The notes under the pieces are model-generated. The model saw only the letters and a list, made by a program, of their open reading frames with translations, did not search any database and was not told where the DNA came from. 64,000 bases of DNA from an uncultured delta proteobacterium. GTDB lineage: Bacteria > Desulfobacterota > Binatia > UBA9968. The stretch spans positions 1 through 64,000 of the forward strand of contig CAVUZH010000004.1 in the NCBI GenBank assembly GCA_963745835.1. Direction: 5' to 3'. Positions 18,719 to 27,586 of the stretch are shown here, in pieces. Position numbers and translations under genes: made by a program. The stretch's first letter is position 1; each line of letters opens with the position of its first letter.

Positions 18719-19844
18719 CCGAAAAGACGAATCTCTGCGCCGGCGGCTGATCGAGCTCACTCGCGATTTGATCATCATTCCGAGCACGCGCGATCGTCCG
18801 GAGGATATCCAGCGTTGCATGGAATTCGTCGTCAATCACGTGGAACTGCCCAACGAACTGACGGTTCGCCGGTTTTGTGAAAACGGCAGTCCATCTACGG
18901 TAATCCTGCCGCGCGATGTTTCGGCGCCTGAGGTTCTGCTGCTTGCCCATCTGGACGTTGTTGCACGGCCCCAAGGCGCGGAGTACCACTCGTCCGTTAA
19001 TGACGGGAGAATTTACGGGCCCGGCAGCGGCGACATGAAAGGCGAGTTAGCAATACTGTTAGAAGTCTTCCGTGACTTCCATGAGCGCTGCCCGGGAATT
19101 TCACTCGGCCTCGCGGTAACCTCGGACGAAGAAAACGGCGGTAATCATGGCACACGCTTTCTGTTCGAAAAAGCCGGGCTCCGGTGCGGCGTTGCCATCA
19201 TCCCTGACTCCGGCTCTCTCAACGAAATAGCCGTCGAAGAAAAGGGCATTCTTCACTTGAAGCTGAAGGCGCATGGCTCTTCGGGCCATGCATCGCGGCC
19301 GTGGCTCGCTGAAAACCCGTTGGAAAAATTAATTCTCAAATTGAATGAAGTGCGAAACTACTTTGAAACCCTCAAAAACGGCGACACACATTGGCATCCG
19401 ACAATTGCCGTCACTGTGATGCAGACCGAGAATTGTGTATCGAACCGCATTCCATCGTTCGCCGAAGCGGTCTGTGACGTTCGCTTCCCGCCTCCCTACA
19501 ATTCGAACCAGGTAATTTCTCAGTTAAAAGGATTCATGGAGCATAAAATGGATCTCGAAGTGCTTGTCAGAGCCGAGCCGACTAAGGTTTCGCCTGATCC
19601 GCTCTTTCTTACGGCGACCGAAGAAATCACGCAAAAACCGGTAACACTGATCCGCGAGCACGGCGGCAGTGATGCCCGCTTCATTTGCGGCTACGGAATA
19701 CCGGTGATCATGTCCAGACCCTATGTCGGCAATCTGCACGCCGAGAACGAATGGATCGACATCGCTTCAATGGAAACACTCTACCGTATCTACGAACGTT
19801 ATTTGGAAAAGAAGCTCGGCTTGATCGGCATCACCAGAGGATGA
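18705..19844 (+). CDS. M20 family metallopeptidase/deacylase (ArgE/DapE-like)
   Basis: AHLDVV, GRIYGPGSGDMKG, SDEENGG, GGSDAR, HAENEWI. Overlaps the end of the ATP-grasp gene. Confidence 0.9.
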   Translation: MTETSRKDESLRRRLIELTRDLIIIPSTRDRPEDIQRCMEFVVNHVELPNELTVRRFCENGSPSTVILPRDVSAPEVLLLAHLDVVARPQGAEYHSSVNDGRIYGPGSGDMKGELAILLEVFRDFHERCPGISLGLAVTSDEENGGNHGTRFLFEKAGLRCGVAIIPDSGSLNEIAVEEKGILHLKLKAHGSSGHASRPWLAENPLEKLILKLNEVRNYFETLKNGDTHWHPTIAVTVMQTENCVSNRIPSFAEAVCDVRFPPPYNSNQVISQLKGFMEHKMDLEVLVRAEPTKVSPDPLFLTATEEITQKPVTLIREHGGSDARFICGYGIPVIMSRPYVGNLHAENEWIDIASMETLYRIYERYLEKKLGLIGITRG

Positions 19845-19939
19845 TCAAAAGAGACAGGGCAAACGGCACTTCGCGATTCTTCCATTCACGGGATGGAGAT
19901 TCCCGGTTTCATCATGAGCAGTACGGGCGTTTTTTTCGC

Positions 19940-20173
19940 TTATTGAGCAAAGTTCGGCGGCGCAATCGCCGATGAGACGACTAATGCAAAGCTGATGATC
20001 ACGGCCGCCATGACGAGCGCCATAGCCAGGTTGCCTTTTTTGAGCTCCTCCCATTCATCAACAGGCGTTAGCCATGTGAAAACCAATAACACAATCCATA
20101 GAGACAGAACCATTGTTAAAATACCGACGATGCCCCAACCGATTAATTTCAAATATTCGCCAAGAATTTCCAT
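19940..20173 (-). CDS. DUF350-family small membrane protein
   Basis: Two hydrophobic helices around LTPVDEWEELKKGNLAMA. GAGGAG RBS. Confidence 0.8.
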   Translation of the reverse strand: MEILGEYLKLIGWGIVGILTMVLSLWIVLLVFTWLTPVDEWEELKKGNLAMALVMAAVIISFALVVSSAIAPPNFAQ

Positions 20174-20539
20174 GCTTCAGTCTCCTCAAGTTGTGCGCCG
20201 CAGCCACAGGGCCAACTCCGTGCTTGACTGTTTTGCAATCTGTAATCTTTAACCTGCATGAGTGATTTCGCTTCACATCGTACTTTTGCCCTGATCATCC
20301 TTAGCACCATGACCCCGGCGGATGAATGGCGTGCATCTCTTTAGCGAACATCGACACGCCTGTTTAACAATCTCGGATGGTCAATTTGGGCGACCCTAAA
20401 CGCGCAGTGGGTTTATTGTCAAGCTAAATTCGGCAACCACCCGTACGCCAAGTTCGATTTGGCTAGCAAATGGTTCTCCATCACTTGACCGGTTAGGATC
20501 GTTAACGTAACGTCGCCGCTGTATCATTCTCTGACGATC

Positions 20540-21853
20540 ATGAGCTTCAATGTTTTCTCCAAGTTTCGATCGAATATCTTTTACGGTTGGCGTATGGTCG
20601 GATTGGTTTCGATCATTCGCATCGTCGGCGGCGGCCTGCATCAGTTTGGTTTCACAGTTTTCTTCCTTCCGATTAGCCAGGATTTAGGAATCAGCCGGGC
20701 GGCAACGTCGCTGGCGTTTTCGCTTTCGCGGGCGCAGGGCGCCATCGAAGCGCCGCTCGTCGGTTACCTCATTGACCGTTATGGCCCGCGTCCTATCATG
20801 GTCACTGCGGTCTTTCTCGCCGGACTCGGTTACATCCTTCTGTCCTGGGCCGATAGCTATGCAAGCTTCATGATCGTCTACCTCGGCGTGATCTCTCTTG
20901 CGTTCGTTGCCGGGTTCGTCCACTCGCCGATGGTAGTCGCCAACAGCTGGTTCATTCATCAGCGAGCGCGCGCGATGACAGTAGTCAGCGCCGCAGTACC
21001 TATCGGCGGCGCGCTGATATCTCCGCTGTTGGCGATCGGAGTATCGTCGATAGGTTGGCGCTGGGCAGCTTTTCTCTCTGGCTGTGTTTTTCTACTAGTC
21101 TGCTTGCCTCTTAGCTTTCAGTTGAAGCGTTCCCCCGAAAGCATGGGATTGCTCCCGGATGGAAAGGCCACGGCACTGAATGAGGGCGCAGATTCGTCGA
21201 TAAGCTCGGCAGACGGAAATGCCAACGGCGATCTCACCAGCAGGCAAGCGATGAAGACATGGATGTTCTGGGTGCTGGTAACTGCGATGACTGCTCGAGT
21301 GACTTGTTACAGCGCAGCCACGGTCCACTTTATCCCGCTGATGGTTTGGAAGGGGATGTCAGAGAGCGCCGCCGCTTCCCTGCTTGGCATCTTTGCGGTG
21401 GTCAATCTAGTGGCGCACTTTGTTCTCGGCTGGATCGCAGATCGGGTAAACAAGCCCAAGCTTCTAGCCGTCTGCCACTTGCTCCCTGCAGTCTCGGTGG
21501 TGCCGCTTCTATTCGATTCGGCTCATTATCAACTTTGGTTATTTGCTATCGGCTTTACTCTACTCGATGCCTCATTTCCCATCGTCTGGGCAACTGTCGG
21601 AGATTTTTTCGGCCGCCGCCACTTCGCTACAATCAGGGGAATGATGAGTTTTTTCTACATGTGGGGAAGCTTTGCCGGTCCGGTCCTCGCGGGCGTGGTC
21701 TACGACAAGACTCAGACGTACTGGATTGTCTTATGGATTTTTCTGACTCTGTTGATCGTTGCGACACTGTTGGTTTTTTCGTTAATCCGGGCATGGACAA
21801 TTCGCATGATCGCGACCGGATCTCCAGTCGCGTCAAGTGCAACGACTGCTTAG
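20540..21853 (+). CDS. MFS transporter
   Basis: FYGW, GYLIDRYGPR motif A, GWIADRV, DFFGRRHFATIRG. Confidence 0.9.
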   Translation: MSFNVFSKFRSNIFYGWRMVGLVSIIRIVGGGLHQFGFTVFFLPISQDLGISRAATSLAFSLSRAQGAIEAPLVGYLIDRYGPRPIMVTAVFLAGLGYILLSWADSYASFMIVYLGVISLAFVAGFVHSPMVVANSWFIHQRARAMTVVSAAVPIGGALISPLLAIGVSSIGWRWAAFLSGCVFLLVCLPLSFQLKRSPESMGLLPDGKATALNEGADSSISSADGNANGDLTSRQAMKTWMFWVLVTAMTARVTCYSAATVHFIPLMVWKGMSESAAASLLGIFAVVNLVAHFVLGWIADRVNKPKLLAVCHLLPAVSVVPLLFDSAHYQLWLFAIGFTLLDASFPIVWATVGDFFGRRHFATIRGMMSFFYMWGSFAGPVLAGVVYDKTQTYWIVLWIFLTLLIVATLLVFSLIRAWTIRMIATGSPVASSATTA

Positions 21854-22054
21854 CGTCCCGCTATCAAAAGTCCTCTGCTGGACTTCGTTTACCTCGCCAA
21901 CGTGAAAATTACATCGTGGAGCTTAGTTTAACGATTTTAATCGCCGACGGCGTAATCGGTTATTTCGCGCTTGACCTAAATTGTGAATCCGCCTATGCCT
22001 GTCAAATCGCGCCATGTAATCTTTGATACGAACTTATGGACTGAAGGAGTCATT

Positions 22055-23131
22055 ATGCGCCGCTTTGGATCCCACTATGCTCCCGCGCTCGGTCTCTTTT
22101 TTGTTGTGTCCGTTATGTTGACGACAATTGGTGCCGAACCAGTTTTTTCACAGGCGCCCTTCTATCAGGGAAAGGCCATCACTCTCATCATCGGCGCCGG
22201 TCCCGGCGGAATGGGTGACTTGCGCGCTAGAGCCCTGGCATCAGTTCTTGTCAAACACATTCCGGGGAATCCAACCATCACATTTCAGTATATGGCGGGG
22301 GCAGGTGGGCGAAAGGCGGCCAATCATCTTTACAATACCGCTCGGCCCGACGGTCTCACGCTCTTCCGGATCTCCAGCAGCATCATACCTTACGCGGTTT
22401 TAGGGGAGTCCGGTGTTCAGTACGATATCGATAAGCTCATATACCTGGGAACGACGGAACATATCCTTTACTATTTGTTCAATACGCGTAAGCAAGCAGG
22501 TCTGGATACTCTGGCTAAACTCCGCGCGGCTTCGGGAGTCCGCATCGGCAGCGCTCCTGTAGGCCATACCGGCTATATCCAGAGCCGCGTGAGCGCCTAC
22601 CTCCTGGATATGAAAGACCCTCGGTTCATTCCAGGATATGAAAATGAAGATCTGGACGTTGCTTTCGCGCGTGGGGAGGTGGACGCGCAGGTCGCTTCAA
22701 CAAGTACGGTCATTGAGCATGATTTGGTAAACAAAAAATTGGTTGACTTTCACGCCGCCATCGAAGTGCCCAAAGGACGTAAAGACTCTCGTTTTGCGAA
22801 TCTGAATCTCCCGGACATCGAAGAGTTCGCCAAGGCCGATAAAGAGAAAAAGCTTTTGGACATGATGCGGGGCTTCCGATCTATCGGCACCGCTCTGCTT
22901 CTACCGCCGGCGACTCCAAAAGATCGTGTCGACATTCTCAAGGAGGCCGTGCGAAAGACCCATTTAGATCCGGCATTCATCACCGAGTACCGGAAACTCA
23001 CCGGCGGCGATGAACCGACCCCGCTCATGCCTGATGAGCAAGCGAAAGTTGTTAAAGAGATTCCGCGCGACGCTGAAACGATAGAGCTGTTCAAAAAGTT
23101 CGCCGGAACCGGACCTATACCGCCGCGTTAA
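22055..23131 (+). CDS. Bug/TctC tripartite tricarboxylate transporter substrate-binding protein
   Basis: PFYQGKAITLIIGAGPGG, HIPGNP, MAGAGG..AANHLY..PDGLT, RGEVD. AAGGAG RBS. Confidence 0.85.
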   Translation: MRRFGSHYAPALGLFFVVSVMLTTIGAEPVFSQAPFYQGKAITLIIGAGPGGMGDLRARALASVLVKHIPGNPTITFQYMAGAGGRKAANHLYNTARPDGLTLFRISSSIIPYAVLGESGVQYDIDKLIYLGTTEHILYYLFNTRKQAGLDTLAKLRAASGVRIGSAPVGHTGYIQSRVSAYLLDMKDPRFIPGYENEDLDVAFARGEVDAQVASTSTVIEHDLVNKKLVDFHAAIEVPKGRKDSRFANLNLPDIEEFAKADKEKKLLDMMRGFRSIGTALLLPPATPKDRVDILKEAVRKTHLDPAFITEYRKLTGGDEPTPLMPDEQAKVVKEIPRDAETIELFKKFAGTGPIPPR

Positions 23132-23430
23132 GTCAGCCTGGGCTCGTTGCCGTGCTCACCATGTCCGGGACTCTGATGGACTTCGGTAGCTACACCCGGT
23201 AGATGCTAAGCCGCTTATTAACTTCTCGGCTCCGCCCTCTCTATGAAGGATCCTAACGCTACAGGAGCTGGGATTTCGAAAGATTATATTGTCAGTTCTG
23301 CTGTCTGCGCCGGCCTGCGGCAGCGGTTTCATGGGCTGCCAGGTATTCCCGGGCCTCAAGAAAGTGGCAGGGGAAGTCCTCGCGGACGGTAAGCTGAATG
23401 CGAATTTGGCGGGCTAAAGTAGCTGATCGC

Positions 23431-23616
23431 TTAAAGGTCTTCGGAAGGCTCAATTTTACTTGGTTTAGACTCTGCAGCAATCGGCTTTTGCGGCGAAGGA
23501 TGCTTTTGCCGGGCCGCCTCTTCCTGCGCTTTGATGGCGTTGAGACGCTTCTGGAACCAAGTTGACTGTGGCCAACTCCAGTTCTGATCCGTATAGCTTG
23601 AAGTGGACTGTTTCAT
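23431..23616 (-). CDS. Small hypothetical protein (61 aa)
   Basis: GGGAG RBS and an upstream sigma54-type promoter. Confidence 0.55.
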   Translation of the reverse strand: MKQSTSSYTDQNWSWPQSTWFQKRLNAIKAQEEAARQKHPSPQKPIAAESKPSKIEPSEDL

Positions 23617-23642
23617 TGAGTTACTCCCGTAGCGGCGTCACC

Positions 23643-23658
23643 AGCAAGCGATATGCCA
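23643..23658 (-). promoter_or_regulatory. Sigma54 (-24/-12) promoter
   Basis: Minus strand TGGCATATCGCTTGCT matches TGGCA-N6-TTGCW with exact GG-N10-GC spacing. Confidence 0.65.
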
Positions 23659-23967
23659 GCAGCCAACGCGGGATTTTCGAGCAGAATCATGACGCAGAAC
23701 CACTCTGCCATGACAGGACTCAGCCAGTTTCGCTCAAATTCGAACAGTCGAATTTGCCGCAAGAGGGGGGTAGGCAGATAGCGCCTGCATGGCGCAGATC
23801 TCTCGATCTGGTCCGATCACTGTCAGCTGTTGACGGTCCGAACAAGCTGCTTCTATCCGGCGAATGGCGATCACTGCGCTTACCATCTTCAATGTCGTCG
23901 CTGCCACCGATCGGCCTCTACACAAACGCGAAATTAATCGATAAACTTCTCCGGTAAATATTTGCCC

Positions 23968-24636
23968 ATGAATACTAACAAGTACCGATTTATACTATTA
24001 GGATTGATGGTTGCCGCAATGGGCATCGTCATCGGCACGCTCCTCTGGATCAAGCTGGCCCCGCAGCCCCGCTTCGGCGCTAACCAACGGAGTTCTCTGG
24101 AAGGAATGAGCCAGTACGGTTCTGTGCCCGAGTTCTCATTAACAGAAAGAAGCGGAAAGACCATTGGGTCGGATCAACTGCGCGGCACAATCTGGATTGC
24201 CGATTTTATCTATACCGATTGCCAGGATACGTGTCCGCTTCAGAGCGCAGAGATGGCCAGGCTACAAGACGAACTGTCGGGGCAAGAAGTCGTCAAGCTA
24301 ATGTCTTTTTCCGTCAATCCCGACAAGGACACGCCATCAGTTCTTTCCCAGTATGCAGATCGATTTAAAGCCAGCACAGATCGTTGGCTATTTCTAACCG
24401 GCAGGCAAGAAGAGATAAGAAACCTGGTCCAGAACGGTTTCCGCTTGAGCGTCGCCACTGCTTCGAGCGATCCTGGAGTGATTTTGCATAGCCCGAGATT
24501 GGTATTGATCGACCGGCAAGCGCAAATTCGCGGTTATTACGATAGCCGGGATAACGAAGCGCTACGGCGTCTCCGCAGAGATGTGGCCACCTTAGTGAAG
24601 GTTGAGGAGTTTATAAAAAATGGCAAAGACAAGTAA
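23968..24636 (+). CDS. SCO1/SenC family protein
   Basis: N-terminal TM, FIYTDCQDTCP (CxxxC), SFSVNPDKDTP, ILHS, GYYD. Confidence 0.9.
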   Translation: MNTNKYRFILLGLMVAAMGIVIGTLLWIKLAPQPRFGANQRSSLEGMSQYGSVPEFSLTERSGKTIGSDQLRGTIWIADFIYTDCQDTCPLQSAEMARLQDELSGQEVVKLMSFSVNPDKDTPSVLSQYADRFKASTDRWLFLTGRQEEIRNLVQNGFRLSVATASSDPGVILHSPRLVLIDRQAQIRGYYDSRDNEALRRLRRDVATLVKVEEFIKNGKDK

Positions 24637-25502
24637 GAACAGGTCAACCTCCAACATCCAAACAGCTGCGCCGAGCACAGCCAAACACGCAACCGAACTG
24701 GCCGATATTCGCTTTGGCGATCTCCGGTATGCTCCTGTCCGGTTATCTGACCTATTCGGCTTGGCAGGGCCAGTCAGTAGCTGGATGCACGGTCGGCAGC
24801 GCCTGCGACATCGTACTCAATAGCCGCTGGTCGAAACTGTTGGGCATGCCGATTTCGTTTTGGGGCTTTTTGACCTACGCTCTTTTAGCCGCCATTGCCT
24901 GGAACAAAACGACGCCTAGTCAGTGGAAGATGGCTTGGACCGTCACCATTATCGGATTGCTTTATAGCCTCTACCTTACCGGTGTTTCACTGATCGTTTT
25001 GGACGCCGCTTGTCCTTATTGCTTGACTTCACTTGGATTGATGACGGCGATTTTTGCCGTGCTCCTCACGCGCCGGCCTGCTAAAATGCCGGGCTTTTCG
25101 TGGGGACCATGGTTCGGGAAAACCGCGGGAGCGGCGGTTCTGATCATCATCGTCCTCCATCTTCATTACTCAGGTTACATGGGAAAAACCGCCGGCCCGG
25201 AGGATCCATGGATTCGCGGACTGGTTGAACATCTAGCTAAGAGCGATGCCAAATTTTACGGCGCATCGTGGTGCCCTCACTGCGCCGAGCAGAAGGAGCT
25301 TTTTGGCCCCTCATCGGCGCGAGTGCCATACATCGAATGCAGCCCGGGCGGGCCGCGCGCGCCGCAAGCGCAAGCATGCAACGAGGCGGGCATCAAGAGT
25401 TATCCGACTTGGATTATCAATGGGCAACGCTATTCCGGCATTCAGTCATTGGACAGCTTGGCTCAGTACAGCAACTACAAGTCGGCAGGAGCAAAGAAAT
25501 GA
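24620..25502 (+). CDS. VKOR-thioredoxin-like fusion (frameshift near 24690)
   Basis: MAKTSK.. then PNWPIFALAISGMLLSGYLT, C..C VLNSRWS, CPYC, and C-terminal FYGASWCPHC, CxxAGIKSYPTW. Confidence 0.85.
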
Positions 25503-25963
25503 AAACATTGAATCTACGGAAGATTCTCTTGCTGACACTTTCGATCCTATCACTGCTGGCGTATCATCAGACGGCAAGCGCCGACCCTTCTAAGTACCCT
25601 CAGTTTGCCCAACAATCACTGCCTGTCGACGTGCCGCTGGCACTTACATCCATTGATGAGTTAGTTGCTGAGGTGAAAGCGGGCAAAAAGCCATTGATTA
25701 TCGACGTGCGTACGACGGCGGAATACAATGAAGTTCATATCCTCGGCGCCATCTCAGCCCCGCTGGCTCAATTTAGAGAATACATAAAGAGTATTCCCAG
25801 GGACCGGCCAGTTGTTCTCTATTGAGCCTGCCCACATCACCTGGCCAGTTTGGCCTATGGCATTCTCTATGAAAATGGCTATCGCAATATGAAGGTTCTT
25901 AACGAAGGCTTGATCGGCTGGCACGAGAGACGTTATCCGATGGAAGGAACCAAGGTTCCTTGA
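25499..25963 (+). CDS. Probably exported rhodanese-domain selenoprotein (Sec at codon 109, TGA 25823-25825)
   Basis: Signal peptide, IIDVR..EYNEVHILGAIS, VVLY-TGA-ACPHH, then in-frame LAYGILYENGYRNMKVLNEGLIGW to TGA 25961-25963, completing the rhodanese fold. Hairpin just after the UGA. Confidence 0.8.
25826..25862 (+). promoter_or_regulatory. Candidate bacterial SECIS element
   Basis: GGCCA-GTT-TGGCC (25843-25855), G at the first loop position, loop about 22 nt after the UGA. Possible lower pairing TGCC/GGCA. Confidence 0.55.
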
Positions 25964-25973
25964 ATCAGGGCCC

Positions 25974-26675
25974 ATGGCGCGACAAAAAGCTGTTATTCTA
26001 CTTAGCGGTGGAATCGACTCGACCACCGCGGCAGCGATTGCCCGGCGCAATCAGTTCGATCTTCACGCCCTCACCTTCCGCTATGGCCAGCGTCACGAAC
26101 GTGAGATCGAAGCCGCTAAAAAGGTCACGGCTTGGTTACAAGTCGAGGAGCACCTCATAATTGAGTCCGGCCTCGGCGCGATTGGCGGTTCGGCTCTGAC
26201 TGATGGCATAGAGGTTCCCAAAGGCCGCTCCAAATCGGAAATTGAGCACGGCGTACCGGTAACTTACGTGCCGGCGCGCAATACCATCTTCCTAGCATAC
26301 GGCTTGGCACTGGCTGAAAAGATTGAAGCGTCGGACATTTTTTTTGGCGCCAATCAGCTTGACTACAGCGGCTACCCCGATTGCCGCGACGAATACGTTC
26401 GCGCCTTTGAAAGAATGGCCAATCTGGCGACCAAAGCCGCCGTCGAAGGCAAAGTGCAGTTGAAGATTCACACCCCGTTAATTCAAATGACGAAAGCAGA
26501 AATCATTAAGCAAGGGAGCGAACTGGGACTCGACTACAGTCTTACCTGGAGTTGCTATGATCCAACAGTGGACGGCAAAGCTTGCGCTCTGTGCGACAGC
26601 TGTCAGCTGAGGCTAAAAGGCTTCAAAGAGGCAGGCCTTAACGATCCGATCCCTTACGCAACCACCGCGGGTTAG
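25974..26675 (+). CDS. queC: 7-cyano-7-deazaguanine synthase
   Basis: LLSGGIDS, YGQRH, TYVPARN, YSGYPDCR, TWSCY..CALCDSC. Confidence 0.95.
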   Translation: MARQKAVILLSGGIDSTTAAAIARRNQFDLHALTFRYGQRHEREIEAAKKVTAWLQVEEHLIIESGLGAIGGSALTDGIEVPKGRSKSEIEHGVPVTYVPARNTIFLAYGLALAEKIEASDIFFGANQLDYSGYPDCRDEYVRAFERMANLATKAAVEGKVQLKIHTPLIQMTKAEIIKQGSELGLDYSLTWSCYDPTVDGKACALCDSCQLRLKGFKEAGLNDPIPYATTAG

Positions 26676-26683
26676 ATCTTTCG

Positions 26684-27577
26684 ATGCTCCCCGAACCGTT
26701 TACGCCGGAATTCCTGACACAGTTGGAAACGCTTCGTTTACGCACTAGGAAAGAGTTTCTCGGCAGCCACACCGGCAGTTATTCATCGCCTCGACGCGGC
26801 ACAAGTTTGGAGTTTGCCGACTACCGGCGTTATTCCCCCGGAGATGATCTGCGCTACCTGGATTGGGGGATCTACGCGCGCACCGATCGGCTTTATATAA
26901 AGGTGTTCCGGGAAGAGGTTGATCTGTTCGCCTATGTTTTTATCGATGCCAGCGCGTCGATGGCATTTCCGTCGAGCCCAGAGAAATTCTTACCAGCCGC
27001 GCATATCGGGTTGGCGCTCTCCTATGTCATTTTGGCTAACCATGATCATGTCAAGCTCCATTTATTACACGGCGAGTCCATGAGCCCGGCATCGCCATTT
27101 TTTCGCGGTCGCCGCCGCATGGCGGACTGCGTGCGCTTCGCTACGTCGTTAGAGCCGCGCGGCCTCCTCGATTTAGCGGGGTCGTTAGGCGAGCACCTTA
27201 AGAAACTCCGGCGACCAGGCAAAGCAATCTTAATCTCCGATTTTTTGATGCCGGCGCAGTCCTACCAGCGCGGACTAAATTTGCTACGAGCCCTCAATCT
27301 CGATATCGCAGTCATCCAGGTCTTGAGCCGGACAGAAATAGATCCGCCGTTTACCGATGGTGGCTTAAATCTGGTGGACAGTGAAACCCAAGGTGAAATT
27401 CGGCTACGATGGAGCGCTCGCGCGCGGCAAGAGTACCGGACCAAACTGGCGCAGCATAACTCAGAACTGCGCAGCTTTTGCCATCAAAGCGGTATTCATT
27501 ACTCCCTCTATGTTAATGACCGGGATTTGGGCGATTTCGTTTTCGCGACCTTACCCGCGATCGGTCTGTTCAAATAA
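26684..27577 (+). CDS. DUF58 domain protein
   Basis: GTSLEFADYRRYSPGDDLRYLDW, DASASM, ILISDF. Confidence 0.9.
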   Translation: MLPEPFTPEFLTQLETLRLRTRKEFLGSHTGSYSSPRRGTSLEFADYRRYSPGDDLRYLDWGIYARTDRLYIKVFREEVDLFAYVFIDASASMAFPSSPEKFLPAAHIGLALSYVILANHDHVKLHLLHGESMSPASPFFRGRRRMADCVRFATSLEPRGLLDLAGSLGEHLKKLRRPGKAILISDFLMPAQSYQRGLNLLRALNLDIAVIQVLSRTEIDPPFTDGGLNLVDSETQGEIRLRWSARARQEYRTKLAQHNSELRSFCHQSGIHYSLYVNDRDLGDFVFATLPAIGLFK

Positions 27578-27586
27578 GATTGCATC

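Noticed and set aside
25974-26675. QueC-based anti-phage system (QatC or Dpd-like)
   Set aside because: Canonical length and motifs of housekeeping QueC, with no qat or dpd partners nearby.
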